Below, piece by piece: positions 49,330 to 59,657 of a DNA stretch of 64,000 nucleotides. Within the stretch, counting starts at the first letter, position 1, and every line of letters starts with the position of its first letter. The notes beneath the pieces were generated by a model. That model saw only the letters and a program-made list of their open reading frames with translations. It had not been told where the DNA came from and did no database searches. The translations under genes and the position numbers were made by a program. The DNA comes from an uncultured Acidobacteriota bacterium (GTDB lineage: Bacteria > Acidobacteriota > Thermoanaerobaculia > UBA5066 > Gp7-AA6), in NCBI GenBank assembly GCA_963764715.1, contig CAVXTP010000006.1:416001-480000 (forward strand), in the 5' to 3' direction.

Positions 49330-50583
49330 ATGACGACGGCGGCGGCACACACACGGATCTCGATCGTCCGGGAGGCCTCCGAAGCCTCCCGCGACGCCGG
49401 GGCTTCCGTTTCCTTCCCGCCGCCCTCCCACGCGATCCTCACGGGGCCGCATACGGCGCCGGGCCGGCTGCCGGTGTCGCGCCGCGCGCTCGAGATCTTC
49501 GTCGTCTGGACGGTCGTCGGCCTGTTCATCGCGGCGCAGCGCTATCTCCGCGGCCCGTCGCTCCAGCCGCGGCTCGCCCTGCCGCTCGCCGAGTCCCTCG
49601 CCGCGAGCCTCGTCACGGCGTATCTCTGGGCGGTCCTGACCCCCGGGATCATGCGGCTCGCCCGCCGCTTCCGGCCGCGCCAGGGCCGGCGTCTCGCGAC
49701 GGTCCCCGTCCTCCTCGTCGCCGGCGCCGGCGCGGCGCTCCTGCACCTGCTCGCGACCAACGTCTTCTGGCATTTCGTCGACCCGCCCGAGTTCGGCGGC
49801 GGGTTCGCGGCCATGTTCGCGGCGACGCTCGCCTTCGGCGGCGCGGCGCGCCTGGCGACCTACATCGGGATCGTCGGCGTGACCTGGGGCATCGACGACT
49901 ACCGCACCTACCGCGAGAAGGAGCTCCAGGCCTCGGAGCTCGAGCGCGAGCTCGTCCAGACGCAGCTCGAGGCCCTGAAGCTGCGGCTCCACCCTCCCTT
50001 TCTCTTCAACACGCTCGCGACGATCCTTCCTCTGATCCGGACCGAGCCCCGCGCGGCGGCGCGGACGGTCGTCCAGCTCGGCGACATCCTGCGGCTGGCG
50101 CTCCACAACGACGCGACGGGGCTCGTTCCGCTGAAGACCGAGCTCGAGTACATCCGCCTCTACCTCCAGATCGAGCAGACCCGTCTCCAGGACCGGCTCG
50201 AGGTGCGCTTCGCGATCGCCCCCGAGGCGCTCGACGCCGCCGTGCCGAACCTGATCCTGCTGCCGCTCGCCGAGAGCGCGATCGCCAACGGCATCTCCGT
50301 GCGGCCGGGCCGCGCCGCGATCGAGATCCGCGCCAGGCCCGACGACGGCGGCCTGCACCTCGAGGTGCACGAGTCCGCCCTCGACGCCGCGGAGGTTCCG
50401 GCCGCCGTCCCGATCGACGATTCGTTCGTCCGCAAGACGAAGCTGCGGCTGGAGCTGCTCTACCCGGGCAGGCATCGCATCGCCATTTCCGACCGGCTCG
50501 AGAAAGGCCACGAAGTCTCGATCACGCTGCCGCTCGAGCCGGCCTCGCCCGCGGCCGCGCGGCCGGCCGGGGTGACCGCATGA
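49330..50583 (+). CDS. Degenerate LytS-type histidine kinase (pseudo-kinase)
   Basis: H-box LHPPFLFN, N-box LAESAIANG, no DxGxG or GxG boxes. Confidence 0.75.
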   Translation: MTTAAAHTRISIVREASEASRDAGASVSFPPPSHAILTGPHTAPGRLPVSRRALEIFVVWTVVGLFIAAQRYLRGPSLQPRLALPLAESLAASLVTAYLWAVLTPGIMRLARRFRPRQGRRLATVPVLLVAGAGAALLHLLATNVFWHFVDPPEFGGGFAAMFAATLAFGGAARLATYIGIVGVTWGIDDYRTYREKELQASELERELVQTQLEALKLRLHPPFLFNTLATILPLIRTEPRAAARTVVQLGDILRLALHNDATGLVPLKTELEYIRLYLQIEQTRLQDRLEVRFAIAPEALDAAVPNLILLPLAESAIANGISVRPGRAAIEIRARPDDGGLHLEVHESALDAAEVPAAVPIDDSFVRKTKLRLELLYPGRHRIAISDRLEKGHEVSITLPLEPASPAAARPAGVTA

Positions 50584-51790
50584 GCGCGGCCTTTCCGTTC
50601 CGCGAGCTTCCCCGCGCGGCGCGGGGCGAACGCTGGCGGGCGGCCCTCTGGGTGCTCGCGGCCTGGACGCTCGTCGGCCTCTTCCGCGCGGCCGACCGCT
50701 ACTTCAGCGACCCGTTCCAGCTCCAGCGGCTGGAGTTCGGACTGTGGGAGGCGCTGGCGCAGAGCCTGCTGGCCTCGACCATCTGGGCCGTCTTCACGCC
50801 CGCCGTCGTTTGGCTCGCGCGCCGGTGCCCGCCGACCCGCAGCCGGTGGGCGCTCCCGATCGCGGGCCTGCTCGCGGGAGGAATCGTCTTCCCGGTCGCT
50901 CACTGCGCCGTCTACCAGGTCGCCTATCCGCTCCTGATGGGCTTCCCGCTCGTTCTGACGACGCAGTTCGCGGCGCTTCCGTCGATGCTCCGCGTCCTCT
51001 TCCCGACGCACTTCGTGACCTACGCCGCGATCGTCGGGGCGACCTGGGCCCTGTCCTACGGGCGGCTGACGCGGGAGCGGGAGCTGCGCGCCTCGCAGGT
51101 CAAGACGCGGCTGCTGTCGGCCCGCCTCGAGGCCCTGAAGATGCAGCTCCACCCGCACTTTCTCTTCAACACGTTGAACAGCATCCTGCCGCTGGTCTTC
51201 CGGGACCGCGAGGCCGCGTGCCGCACGGTCGTGCGCCTGGCGGACCTGCTCCGCATGTCGCTCCAGAACGAGGGAAACGACGTGATTCCGCTCCGCAAGG
51301 AGCTCGAGCTCCTGCAGGTCTACCTCGAGATCCAGCAGACGCGCTTCCAGGATCGCCTGACCGTCAAGCTCGACGTCGAGCCCGGCGTCGCCGACGCGCT
51401 CGTCCCCAACCTGATCCTCCAGCCCCTCGTCGAGAACGCGATCAAGCACGGGATCGCCGCACGGCCCGGCTCCGGCCGGATCGAGGTCCATGCGCGGCGC
51501 GACGGCGGCGAGCGACTGCACCTGTTGGTGCGCGACGACGGCCCCGGTCCGAGCGGCGTCGCCCCCCGGCCGAACGAGGGCGGCGTCGGCCTGCGGAACA
51601 CGCGCGACCGGCTCGAGCTCCTCTACCCGGACCGCCACGACTTCGAGTTCCGGGGCGCGCGCCGGCCGCGGCTGCGAGGTCTCGCTGACCTTCCCGCTCG
51701 TCATGGCGTCGGCGCCGGCGCCCCGCGCCCCGCCGCCCGGCGTCGACGGGCGCCGCCGCGGCTCGACCGAGGCTCGCTCCCAGCGCATGA
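50580..51790 (+). CDS. LytS-type sensor histidine kinase, frameshift near 51660, 3' end uncertain
   Basis: QLHPHFLFNTL, LVENAIKHG, DDGPG, GVGLRN. Confidence 0.88.
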
Positions 51791-52971
51791 ACGCTCTGCG
51801 TCGTTTCGCCGCGTTCGCCGTCCTGCTCGGGCTCGCCGTGTCGGCGGCCGTCGCGGCCGGCCCGGGCTCGCCCTACGCGCGGGCGATCGAAGAGTCGAAC
51901 GCGATGCTCGACCAGGTCCTCCAGCTCTACCCCGGCACGGCTGTCGCCGTCGCCGTCGGAAACGAGATCGTCTGGTCGACGGCCTTCGGATTCTCCGACG
52001 TCGAGCGGCAACGCAAGGTCTCCCGTTCGACGCAGTTCCGGATCTACGAGGTCGCGATGCCGCTGACGGCGACCGTGATGGAGCGGCTGTCGCAGGAGGG
52101 CCGGTTCGACATCGACGCTCCCCTCCAGAAATACCTCCCGGACCTGCCCGAGACGCGGGTGCCCGTCACGGCGCGCGCCCTCGCGAGCCACCTGGCCGGG
52201 GCCGGCGACTTCGCCGAGGACGAGAGCCTGCCCGCGCCCTGCTCCGGCGCGCGGGACGCGGTCCGAACGCTTTCCGGCCGGGTCTTCATCCGCCCCGCGG
52301 GCCTCGGCCACTCGATGTCGCGCAAGGGCTACCTGCTCCTCTCGGCGGCGATGGAGGCCGCGACCGGGAAGCGCTTCTCGGAGCTTCTGAACGAGACCGT
52401 CGCGTGGCCGGCCGGCATGAGCTCGACGATGGCCGACGATCCGCAGCGGTTCCTGCCCGGCCGGTCGCTCTTCTACGAGCGGGGATTCCTGGGCCTCCTG
52501 CGCGCCGCCCGCCCGGTCGACACGAGCTGCCTCTGGGGCGGCGGCGGCTACGTCTCGACGACCGAGGACCTCGTCCGCTTCGGCGCGGCGCTTCTGCGCG
52601 GCGAGATCCTGCGCGGCGACGCCCTGGAGGCGATGTTCACGCCCCAGCGGACCCGCAACGGCGTCGAGACCGGCTACGGTCTGGGCTGGTACGTCGAGAG
52701 GGACTCGCGCGGCCGCCGCTACGTCTGGCACGGCGGCCGGGGCGTCGGAGGCCGGAGCGCCATCGTCATCGTTCCGCACGCGCGCCTCGTGACGGTCATG
52801 CTCTCGAACATCGAGGGCGAGCGGCTCGACGAGCACGCCCGACGCATCACCGCCTTTTTCCTGGAGGCCGTCGAGACCTCCGGCGTCTCTCCGGACCTCG
52901 TGCGCGCCACGGGCCCGGGCAAGCCCTCGCCGCCGTTCGCGTATCGCGCCGTCCCCGCTCCGGGCGAGTGA
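51787..52971 (+). CDS. Secreted beta-lactamase/PBP-fold protein lacking catalytic SxxK and Tyr
   Basis: Signal peptide; FRIYEVAMP at the SxxK site, LASHLAG, MSRKGY at the Tyr site, YGLGW, WHGG. Confidence 0.8.
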   Translation: MNALRRFAAFAVLLGLAVSAAVAAGPGSPYARAIEESNAMLDQVLQLYPGTAVAVAVGNEIVWSTAFGFSDVERQRKVSRSTQFRIYEVAMPLTATVMERLSQEGRFDIDAPLQKYLPDLPETRVPVTARALASHLAGAGDFAEDESLPAPCSGARDAVRTLSGRVFIRPAGLGHSMSRKGYLLLSAAMEAATGKRFSELLNETVAWPAGMSSTMADDPQRFLPGRSLFYERGFLGLLRAARPVDTSCLWGGGGYVSTTEDLVRFGAALLRGEILRGDALEAMFTPQRTRNGVETGYGLGWYVERDSRGRRYVWHGGRGVGGRSAIVIVPHARLVTVMLSNIEGERLDEHARRITAFFLEAVETSGVSPDLVRATGPGKPSPPFAYRAVPAPGE

Positions 52972-53003
52972 CCCGCGGACCTGCTGCTATCATCCGGGCG
53001 CCG

Positions 53004-53912
53004 ATGATTCGCGCGCTCAAGAAGCTTGTTCCTCGCTCGTTCAAGGAACAGATCAAGAGGGACATCGAGAAGACGGCGCTCGGCGCCCTGCCGCCCCGGC
53101 CGGCCTTCGAGACCCCTCAGCAGGAAATCCAGGCCCTGACCGCGCGCGTGGCCGACCTCGAGGCGGCCGTCGGCCAGCAGCACACCATCCTCTGGCGCGA
53201 GACGGGCGCCGCCCCGCCGCCGCCGCGCCACATGCAGGTCCGGACCGTCGGCGGATACGTCCCCGGCTACCTCGAGAGCGGATATGCCATCTGCGACGAC
53301 CTCGACGCCGCGCTCAAGGTCGCCGGCCGGGACCTCTCCTCCTTCTCCCGCCTCCTCGACTACGGATGCGGCTGCGGCCGGACGACGCGAGCCCTCAAGA
53401 CCCGTTTCCCGGAGGCGGAGGTCCACGGCACCGACATCGACCCCGAGGCGATCGCGTGGCTCGCGCGGAACTGCTCGCGCTTCGGCGAGTTCCGGCTGGC
53501 CCCGCACCAGCCGCCGCTGCCCTACCCGGAAGCGTTCTTCGACTTCATCGTCGGCATCAGCGTGTTCACGCACCTCCCCGAGGACATGCAGTTCGCGTGG
53601 CTCGAGGAGCTGCGGCGCATCACGAAGCCCGGGGGCCTCCTGATCCTGACGACGAGCGGCAAGAAGAACTACGTCGGTCTTCCGCCGGAGCTGCTTCGCG
53701 TCGTCGAGGAGCGCGGGTTCTGCTACGTCGACGGCGGGTACGGGCAGAGCATCAACCTCCCCGCGTTCTACCAGAACACCTTCCACACGCCCGACTACGT
53801 GCGCCAGAACTGGAGCCGGTACTTCGAGGTGCTGGACATCCAGGAAACGCGGATGCAGAACCACCAGGACACGGTGCTGCTCCGCAACTCCGCCGCCTCA
53901 GTCCGCGGCTGA
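53004..53912 (+). CDS. Class I SAM-dependent methyltransferase
   Basis: LDYGCGCGR, GTDID, SVFTHL, KPGG. Confidence 0.9.
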   Translation: MIRALKKLVPRSFKEQIKRDIEKTALGALPPRPAFETPQQEIQALTARVADLEAAVGQQHTILWRETGAAPPPPRHMQVRTVGGYVPGYLESGYAICDDLDAALKVAGRDLSSFSRLLDYGCGCGRTTRALKTRFPEAEVHGTDIDPEAIAWLARNCSRFGEFRLAPHQPPLPYPEAFFDFIVGISVFTHLPEDMQFAWLEELRRITKPGGLLILTTSGKKNYVGLPPELLRVVEERGFCYVDGGYGQSINLPAFYQNTFHTPDYVRQNWSRYFEVLDIQETRMQNHQDTVLLRNSAASVRG

Positions 53913-55337
53913 GGCGGGCGAGGCCGCCGCGCGCGGCCGCGCCAGCACGCTCGCCGTCCAGCCGACGCCGGCGACGATCAGGACGTCGACCATCGCGTGG
54001 AAGACGAAGAGGTGTCGCGTCAGGTCCGCGAGATTGTCGGCGAAGACGCAGACGGCGAACTCGAGCCCCGCCATCAGGGCCAGCACCGCCAGAGCCTCGC
54101 CGAGCAACCGGCGGGATCCACCGGCCCGACGCGCCGAGAGACCGAGAGCCAGGCTGCCGGCGAGCACCACGGCGAGCACGCCGAGCCCGTAGCGTCCGGG
54201 CAGCGACCGCAGCGAGCTCCAGGCGCCGAAGCTCCGGCTCAGCTCCCGGGCGCGGCGTCCCGAGGCCTGCTCGAAGTTGCCGAGGCCGGCCGGCCGGATC
54301 CGGAGCGCGCGCTGGCCCGCCCGCTGCAGCCGGAGCCCGAGCCGGTCCGGGTGAGTCAGGTAGAAGCGAGCGATCGCCCCGAATCCCACCCGGTCGTAGA
54401 ACCGGGAGCGAAAGTCGGGCAGCGCGAGAGGCGCGTCGGGCGCGTAGGCGCTGCGGCCGACGTACTGGAGCAGGCCCGGATCGAGGCCCAGGTCCTTCAG
54501 GTCCTGTTCCGGCGCCGGCGAAGTCCTCAGCAGCTCCATGAAGACGGTGTCGTAGAGGCCGACCTCGCGGATGTCCTTCTCGGGGCTCCGGCCGTAGTAC
54601 ACGACGGCGAGCGCACAGAGCCCGGCGCCGAGCCAGAGCGCCGGCGACCGCACGAGGGCCCATCCCCGCGCCGGCTGGAGGCGAACGGCGAGGAGCGCGA
54701 GGAGCGGCGCCTGGAGGCTCTCCTGGGGTTTCGAGCACACGAAGAGCGCCGCGCAGGCGAAGAACGCCGGCACGAGCCATCCGGAGAGGCCGCCGCGGCG
54801 GACGGCGAGGGCGGCCACGCCGGCCGTCAACAGGAAAAAGAGCAGCGACGACACCTGCGGGTAGAGCGAGTTGAAGGCGGCGGCGTAGCCGACGTCCGTC
54901 CAGACGAAGACGCAGAGGATCCGAACCACCCACCGGGGCACCGGCGCCAGTCGGTCGGTCGCCACCGTCGCCGCCGCCAGGAACAGCAGCAGCAGCAACG
55001 CGTGCACGGCGGCGAGGACCCGGATGTCGAAGACCCGATCGCGGCCGGCCGCGCGGCTGGCGGAGAGCGCCGCGGCGACGAGGAGGGACTCGGACGTCGG
55101 ATACTCCCCCCGGGCGACCCACGGCTCGCCGATCGGGAAAGTTCGCAGCATCCAGTTCCAGTAGCGCTCGGAGTAGACCTCGGTCGGGTACTGAAGCCCC
55201 GCGGGCGCCATCACGCGGGAAAAGTCGCCGTTGTCCGCGAGGCCCACGATCGGCTCGACGAAGAGCTGCACGGCGAGCGCCGCAGCCGCAAAGATGACCA
55301 CGAGGACGACGTCCCGGACCGTGCTCGAGCGGCGCAC
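53898..55337 (-). CDS. Multi-pass membrane protein, possible GT-C/WsfD-like glycosyltransferase
   Basis: GLADNGDFSR after the first TM, many TM helices, SKPQ; adjacent to a glycosyltransferase. Confidence 0.55.
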   Translation of the reverse strand: MRRSSTVRDVVLVVIFAAAALAVQLFVEPIVGLADNGDFSRVMAPAGLQYPTEVYSERYWNWMLRTFPIGEPWVARGEYPTSESLLVAAALSASRAAGRDRVFDIRVLAAVHALLLLLFLAAATVATDRLAPVPRWVVRILCVFVWTDVGYAAAFNSLYPQVSSLLFFLLTAGVAALAVRRGGLSGWLVPAFFACAALFVCSKPQESLQAPLLALLAVRLQPARGWALVRSPALWLGAGLCALAVVYYGRSPEKDIREVGLYDTVFMELLRTSPAPEQDLKDLGLDPGLLQYVGRSAYAPDAPLALPDFRSRFYDRVGFGAIARFYLTHPDRLGLRLQRAGQRALRIRPAGLGNFEQASGRRARELSRSFGAWSSLRSLPGRYGLGVLAVVLAGSLALGLSARRAGGSRRLLGEALAVLALMAGLEFAVCVFADNLADLTRHLFVFHAMVDVLIVAGVGWTASVLARPRAAASPASAAD

Positions 55338-55372
55338 CACGCGAGCTTAGACCAGCGGGCCTCCCGCCGCGC

Positions 55373-58300
55373 CTAGCCCGCGCCGACCTTGGACGACACC
55401 GCGGCGACCCCTTCGCGCGGCACGTGCTTCTTCCAGGCGACGCCGAACTTCTTCTCGAAGTAGGCCTGGTTCTTCTTCCAGAGGGCGTCGTAGCTCTCCG
55501 GCGAGAGCTTACGGAAGGCGCCCTGGCCGACGTGGTGGACGTAGGCGTCCTCGGCGCACGCCACCCGGTAACCCTTCGCGCGCATCCGGACGGCGAGGTC
55601 GTCGTCCTCGAACATGCCGATGCCGTAGGCCTCGTCGAGCGGCCCGACGTCGTCCAGAACGGCCCGGCGTGCGGCCACGCAATACATCGCGGCGACGCCG
55701 ATGTCGAAGACCCGCCCCCGGTGCTTCTCGGCGCGGCGCGCGGCGAAGGCCGGAAGGCCCTCGATCCCGGCGTAGTCCGGCTCGACGCGGGCCTCGTTGC
55801 CGCAGAAGTTGGTCGTGGGGCACAGGAGGCCGATCGAGGGATCCCGCTGGAGGTGGCGGACGAGCCGGCCCATGAGCCCGGGAGGCACGACGGTGTCGTT
55901 GTTCAAGAGGACCACGACCTCGCCGCGCGCGGCCGCGATGCCCTGATTGTTGGCCGCCGCGAACCCGCGGTTCTCCGAGTTGAAGATCGTCCGGATCCGC
56001 GGATCGCTCGCCGTGGCCTCGCGGAGATGCTCCGGCGTGCCGTCGCTCGAGGCATTGTCGACGACCAGGATCTCGAGGCGCGGCCAGGTCTCGCGCGCGA
56101 GCGACTCGAGGCAGTCCTTCGTCAGCTCGAGGCCGCCGTAGGTCACGACGACGACCGAAACGAGGGCATGGGCCTCGGCGAGATCGGCATCGATCGCCTC
56201 GTACCGGTGTTCCCAGTCGTTCTCCTCGGCGACCCGGCGGCGCCGGGCGCGGCGCGGGTCGTCCTTCGGCTCGGCGAGCGCGCGCAAAAGCTGGGCGAGG
56301 AACTCTTCGTGACCCCGCGCCAGGTACGAAATGTCCTCGTACGGCAGGAGCTCCGTCAGCGCCGGCGCGACGACGGGCTTGCCGCCGTAGAGGTACTCGT
56401 AGAACTTGACCGGGTTCGTGGCCTCGGTGATGTCGTTGACGAGAAACGGGATCACGCAGGCATCGAAGCTCCAGAGAAGCTTCGGCATCTCCTCGTACGG
56501 CCGCTGGCCGAGGAGCCGCACGTTTGCGCGGGAGGAGATCGGCGAAAGGTCGACGTCGAAGTGGCCGCCCGCGAGCACGATCGTGGCTTCCGGATGCGCG
56601 TCGGCGATCTTCGTCAGCAGCGGCACATCGACCCACGAGGCAAGCGCGCCGTAGTAGCCGATGACCGGCCGGCGGACGTCCTTCAGCAGGTCGTTCTCGC
56701 CGTAGAAGCGGCGGTAGTGCTCGGCGTCGATGCCGTTCTTGGCGAGGGTCAGCCGCGGGGCCACGCCCTTCCACTTGTCGAAGAGGCGGTCGGCGGAGAC
56801 GACCGTGAGGTCCGCGCGGCGGACGAGGTTCTCCTCGAGCGACAGGACGGCGTCGCCGAAGCCCGGGAAATTCGTCCACTCGTCCATGCAGTCGTAGAGG
56901 ACGCGCCAGCCGAGGCGCTCCCGCAGCCGCTCGGCGAGCGGAGCCCAGAAGGGGACCTGGACGACGCCGACGGTGTCGCCCATCGCGAGGTCGCGGGCGA
57001 GGTCCTCGAACGCGGCCGCCAGCGTGTCGAGGTCCTCCTCCGCGAGACGACCGCTGTAGATGCCGAGGGAGCGGCGCGACCGGATGCGAAGCTCCCCCAC
57101 GTTCCCGGCCTTCTTCGTCAGGTCCCACGCCGGGCCGTCCGGCGACAGGAACGTCGTCGTCGAAAGGTAGAGGACGCGATGGCCGTGGCGGCCGAACTGG
57201 GTGGCGAGCTGCTGGGGACGCTGGAATCGGAAGTCCCAGTCGATGATCGAGAAGACGACGACGTCGTACCGGCCGGAGGGCGTCGCGGGAACGGAGTCCT
57301 GGCGGCGGGGCGCGTCCGGCGGGAGCGTCACGAGCTTCTCGGGCGGCGCGACGGGCGCGAGGGTGCGCCGCAGGTACTGCGCCAGCGGCCGCGGGATCGT
57401 GCGCCGCCCGATCTCGAAGAGCGGCGTTCCGGGCGCCGTCGCCCGGCCGAGGGCGCGGCGGGCCGCGCCGGGCGCTCCCCGCAGACGCGAGGCCGCGCGC
57501 CGGAGCTGCCCCAGGCGCGAATTCTCCCAGCGACGGAGCTCCGCGAGGGCGGCCGAGAGATGCGCGTCGCGGGCCTCCGAGAGCTGCTCGGACTGCGCGA
57601 GGTGCCCCTCGAGGACCTTGATGCCTTCCCGCAGCTGCCGGATCTGCTCCTCGCGGTCGGCGATCTCGCGCTCCATCGCGCGCTGCAGACCAACGATCTC
57701 GCCCCGGAGGAATCGGATGCCCTCGTCGCGCTCGCGGATGACCCCGTTCAACCGCCGGATCTCGCGCACCCGGCGAGCGACCGCGTCTCCGTCGGGCGGC
57801 ACGGCCGCCGGCGGGCGCGACTCGGTCGGGGCGGCGGCCGGGGCAAGTCCCTCCAGGCGGGCGTTCAGCGTACCGAATCGCTCTCCCCAGGTGTTCTCGC
57901 GCGCGATCTTCCGGCGCCGGTTCTCCGCCTCGCCGGGTGCAACGCTTTCGCGGACCGCCGTCTCGAGCGCCGAGACGAATTCCGCGGGCGTTTCGTACAG
58001 CGACACGACCCCGCCGTAAGGCTCGAGCTCGGGCAGGCGCCGGGCGACGACGGGCTTGCCGGTCGCGAAGTACTCGAAGATCTTGACCGGGTTGGTCGCC
58101 TCGGTCAGCGGCGTGCGGCGGAACGGAATCGTGCAGACGTCGAAGCCGGCCACGTAGGCCGGCAGGTCGGCGTAGGTCTTCTCGCCGAGGAGGTGGACGT
58201 TCGGCTTCTCCGCCAGGTCGCCGAGGTCCGCTCCCCGGGTGTCGCCGACGAGCGCGAACGACCAGTCCGGGTGCCGTGTCGCGGCCGCGCGCACCGCGTC

Positions 58301-59050
58301 CACGTCGAACCAGGCCGAGATCGCGCCGTAGTAGCCGATGACCGGCCGGGGCAGGCGCGCGAGCGGTCCGTCGGCCCGGGACGGGAGCCTCGAGAAATGG
58401 CGCTCGTCGCCGGCGTTCGGCAGCCGCAGGACGTCCAGGCGCATCCGGCGCAGGCGCTCCTCGAGCTTTCCCGAAGTCGCCAGGACGAGGTCCGCGCCGC
58501 GCACCAGACGTTCCTCGTCCGCCGCCGTTTCCGGCCCGTGCGTGCCGAAGCCCGTGTGGTCGTCCATGCAGTCGTAGACGACCCGCCAGCCGAAGGCGTC
58601 GCGGAGCCTCCGGGCGAGCGGCTCCCAGGACGGGTACTGCACGAGAACGAACGCGTCCCGGATGCCGTGGCGAGCCGCGAGATCGGACATTCCCGAGAAG
58701 GCCTGGTCGAGCGTCTCTCCCTCGAGGGTCCTTCCGTAGACGTCGAAGTCGTGCTCTCCCGGCAGGCCCACCTCGAAAACGCGCTCCCCGACCTCGGCGA
58801 GCTCCGGCTCGCGGTCGAGGCCGAGGAACCCCGTCTTCGCGTAGAAGACCCGGTGCCCGGCCGCCGCGAAAGGCTTGAGGAGCTGCTGCGGGCGCTGGAC
58901 CCGGAAGCCCCAGTCGATGATCGGGAGGCAGACGACGTCGAAACCGCGGGGAGGCGGGACGTGCGCGGTGGAATCGGTGCGGGCGTCGCTCAGGGTTCGT
59001 ATCTTGCCATGAAGTGGGCGGGGCACGTCCCTGGGCGAAGGCGGCCACAA
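55373..59050 (-). CDS. Multidomain glycosyltransferase: two GT-B (GT4/TuaH-like) modules, coiled coil, C-terminal GT2; start uncertain
   Basis: Duplicated IDW.FR.QRPQQL / YDCMD / IGYYGA / TNPVK.YEY; GT2 VVDNASSDGT, LLNND, FEDDD. Confidence 0.88.
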   Translation of the reverse strand: MWPPSPRDVPRPLHGKIRTLSDARTDSTAHVPPPRGFDVVCLPIIDWGFRVQRPQQLLKPFAAAGHRVFYAKTGFLGLDREPELAEVGERVFEVGLPGEHDFDVYGRTLEGETLDQAFSGMSDLAARHGIRDAFVLVQYPSWEPLARRLRDAFGWRVVYDCMDDHTGFGTHGPETAADEERLVRGADLVLATSGKLEERLRRMRLDVLRLPNAGDERHFSRLPSRADGPLARLPRPVIGYYGAISAWFDVDAVRAAATRHPDWSFALVGDTRGADLGDLAEKPNVHLLGEKTYADLPAYVAGFDVCTIPFRRTPLTEATNPVKIFEYFATGKPVVARRLPELEPYGGVVSLYETPAEFVSALETAVRESVAPGEAENRRRKIARENTWGERFGTLNARLEGLAPAAAPTESRPPAAVPPDGDAVARRVREIRRLNGVIRERDEGIRFLRGEIVGLQRAMEREIADREEQIRQLREGIKVLEGHLAQSEQLSEARDAHLSAALAELRRWENSRLGQLRRAASRLRGAPGAARRALGRATAPGTPLFEIGRRTIPRPLAQYLRRTLAPVAPPEKLVTLPPDAPRRQDSVPATPSGRYDVVVFSIIDWDFRFQRPQQLATQFGRHGHRVLYLSTTTFLSPDGPAWDLTKKAGNVGELRIRSRRSLGIYSGRLAEEDLDTLAAAFEDLARDLAMGDTVGVVQVPFWAPLAERLRERLGWRVLYDCMDEWTNFPGFGDAVLSLEENLVRRADLTVVSADRLFDKWKGVAPRLTLAKNGIDAEHYRRFYGENDLLKDVRRPVIGYYGALASWVDVPLLTKIADAHPEATIVLAGGHFDVDLSPISSRANVRLLGQRPYEEMPKLLWSFDACVIPFLVNDITEATNPVKFYEYLYGGKPVVAPALTELLPYEDISYLARGHEEFLAQLLRALAEPKDDPRRARRRRVAEENDWEHRYEAIDADLAEAHALVSVVVVTYGGLELTKDCLESLARETWPRLEILVVDNASSDGTPEHLREATASDPRIRTIFNSENRGFAAANNQGIAAARGEVVVLLNNDTVVPPGLMGRLVRHLQRDPSIGLLCPTTNFCGNEARVEPDYAGIEGLPAFAARRAEKHRGRVFDIGVAAMYCVAARRAVLDDVGPLDEAYGIGMFEDDDLAVRMRAKGYRVACAEDAYVHHVGQGAFRKLSPESYDALWKKNQAYFEKKFGVAWKKHVPREGVAAVSSKVGAG

Positions 59051-59063
59051 GCGCCGCCCCTAC
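59040..59063 (-). repeat. GTAG-family REP unit
   Basis: Minus strand reads GTAGGGGCGGCGCTTGTGGCCGC. Confidence 0.55.
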
Positions 59064-59115
59064 GCTCTGGCGCGGAGCGTCCGTCGGTCCAGGCGGAGAG
59101 GCGCGGTTCCGCCGC

Positions 59116-59616
59116 TCAGTGGACCGGCGCCCCCTCCCGGACCGTGAGCGGACGCTCCCAGGCCTCGAGGCGGCGGGCGACGACGGCGTCGAGCGAGATG
59201 GGTCCCGCCCCGTATGCGCCGAGCCACAGGCAGAGCGCGATGTAGAGGTACTCGATGAACCCGAACACGTCGGAGATCCCGGTGATCTCGGCGCGGCGCG
59301 CGGTCAGGATGGCGACGATCATCGTGCCGATGAGCGGCAGGCTCGCCATCCGGGTCGCGAGGCCAAGGAGCATCAGGACGCCGCAGAGGAACTCGGTCCC
59401 GGCGGCGAGCGGCGCCTGGATCTGCGGGGCGGGAATTCCGAGATCGCCGAAATAGGCGATGACCCTGGGCAGCGAGTGCAGCTTGCCCCACCCCGACTCG
59501 ACGAACACCCAGCCGAGCGTCAGGCGCGCCACCGTCGGCGGCAGCCAGCGGAGGCCGGTCGAGACGCGGAGGACGAGGCGTCGGAAGCGCGAGAGGCGGT
59601 CGGTCATGGTCGGCAT
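59116..59616 (-). CDS. DoxX family membrane protein
   Basis: RLTLGWVFVESGWGK, GLATR, GAGPISLD; SD AAGGAG. Confidence 0.9.
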   Translation of the reverse strand: MPTMTDRLSRFRRLVLRVSTGLRWLPPTVARLTLGWVFVESGWGKLHSLPRVIAYFGDLGIPAPQIQAPLAAGTEFLCGVLMLLGLATRMASLPLIGTMIVAILTARRAEITGISDVFGFIEYLYIALCLWLGAYGAGPISLDAVVARRLEAWERPLTVREGAPVH

Positions 59617-59657
59617 GGAATCTCCTTGTGCGGAGCGTGTGGCGGAAGCCTATCGTT

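Noticed and set aside
50580-53912. 1110-aa kinase-methyltransferase fusion ORF
   Set aside because: Off-frame read-through in GC-rich DNA; the methyltransferase has its own -10 box and ATG at 53004.
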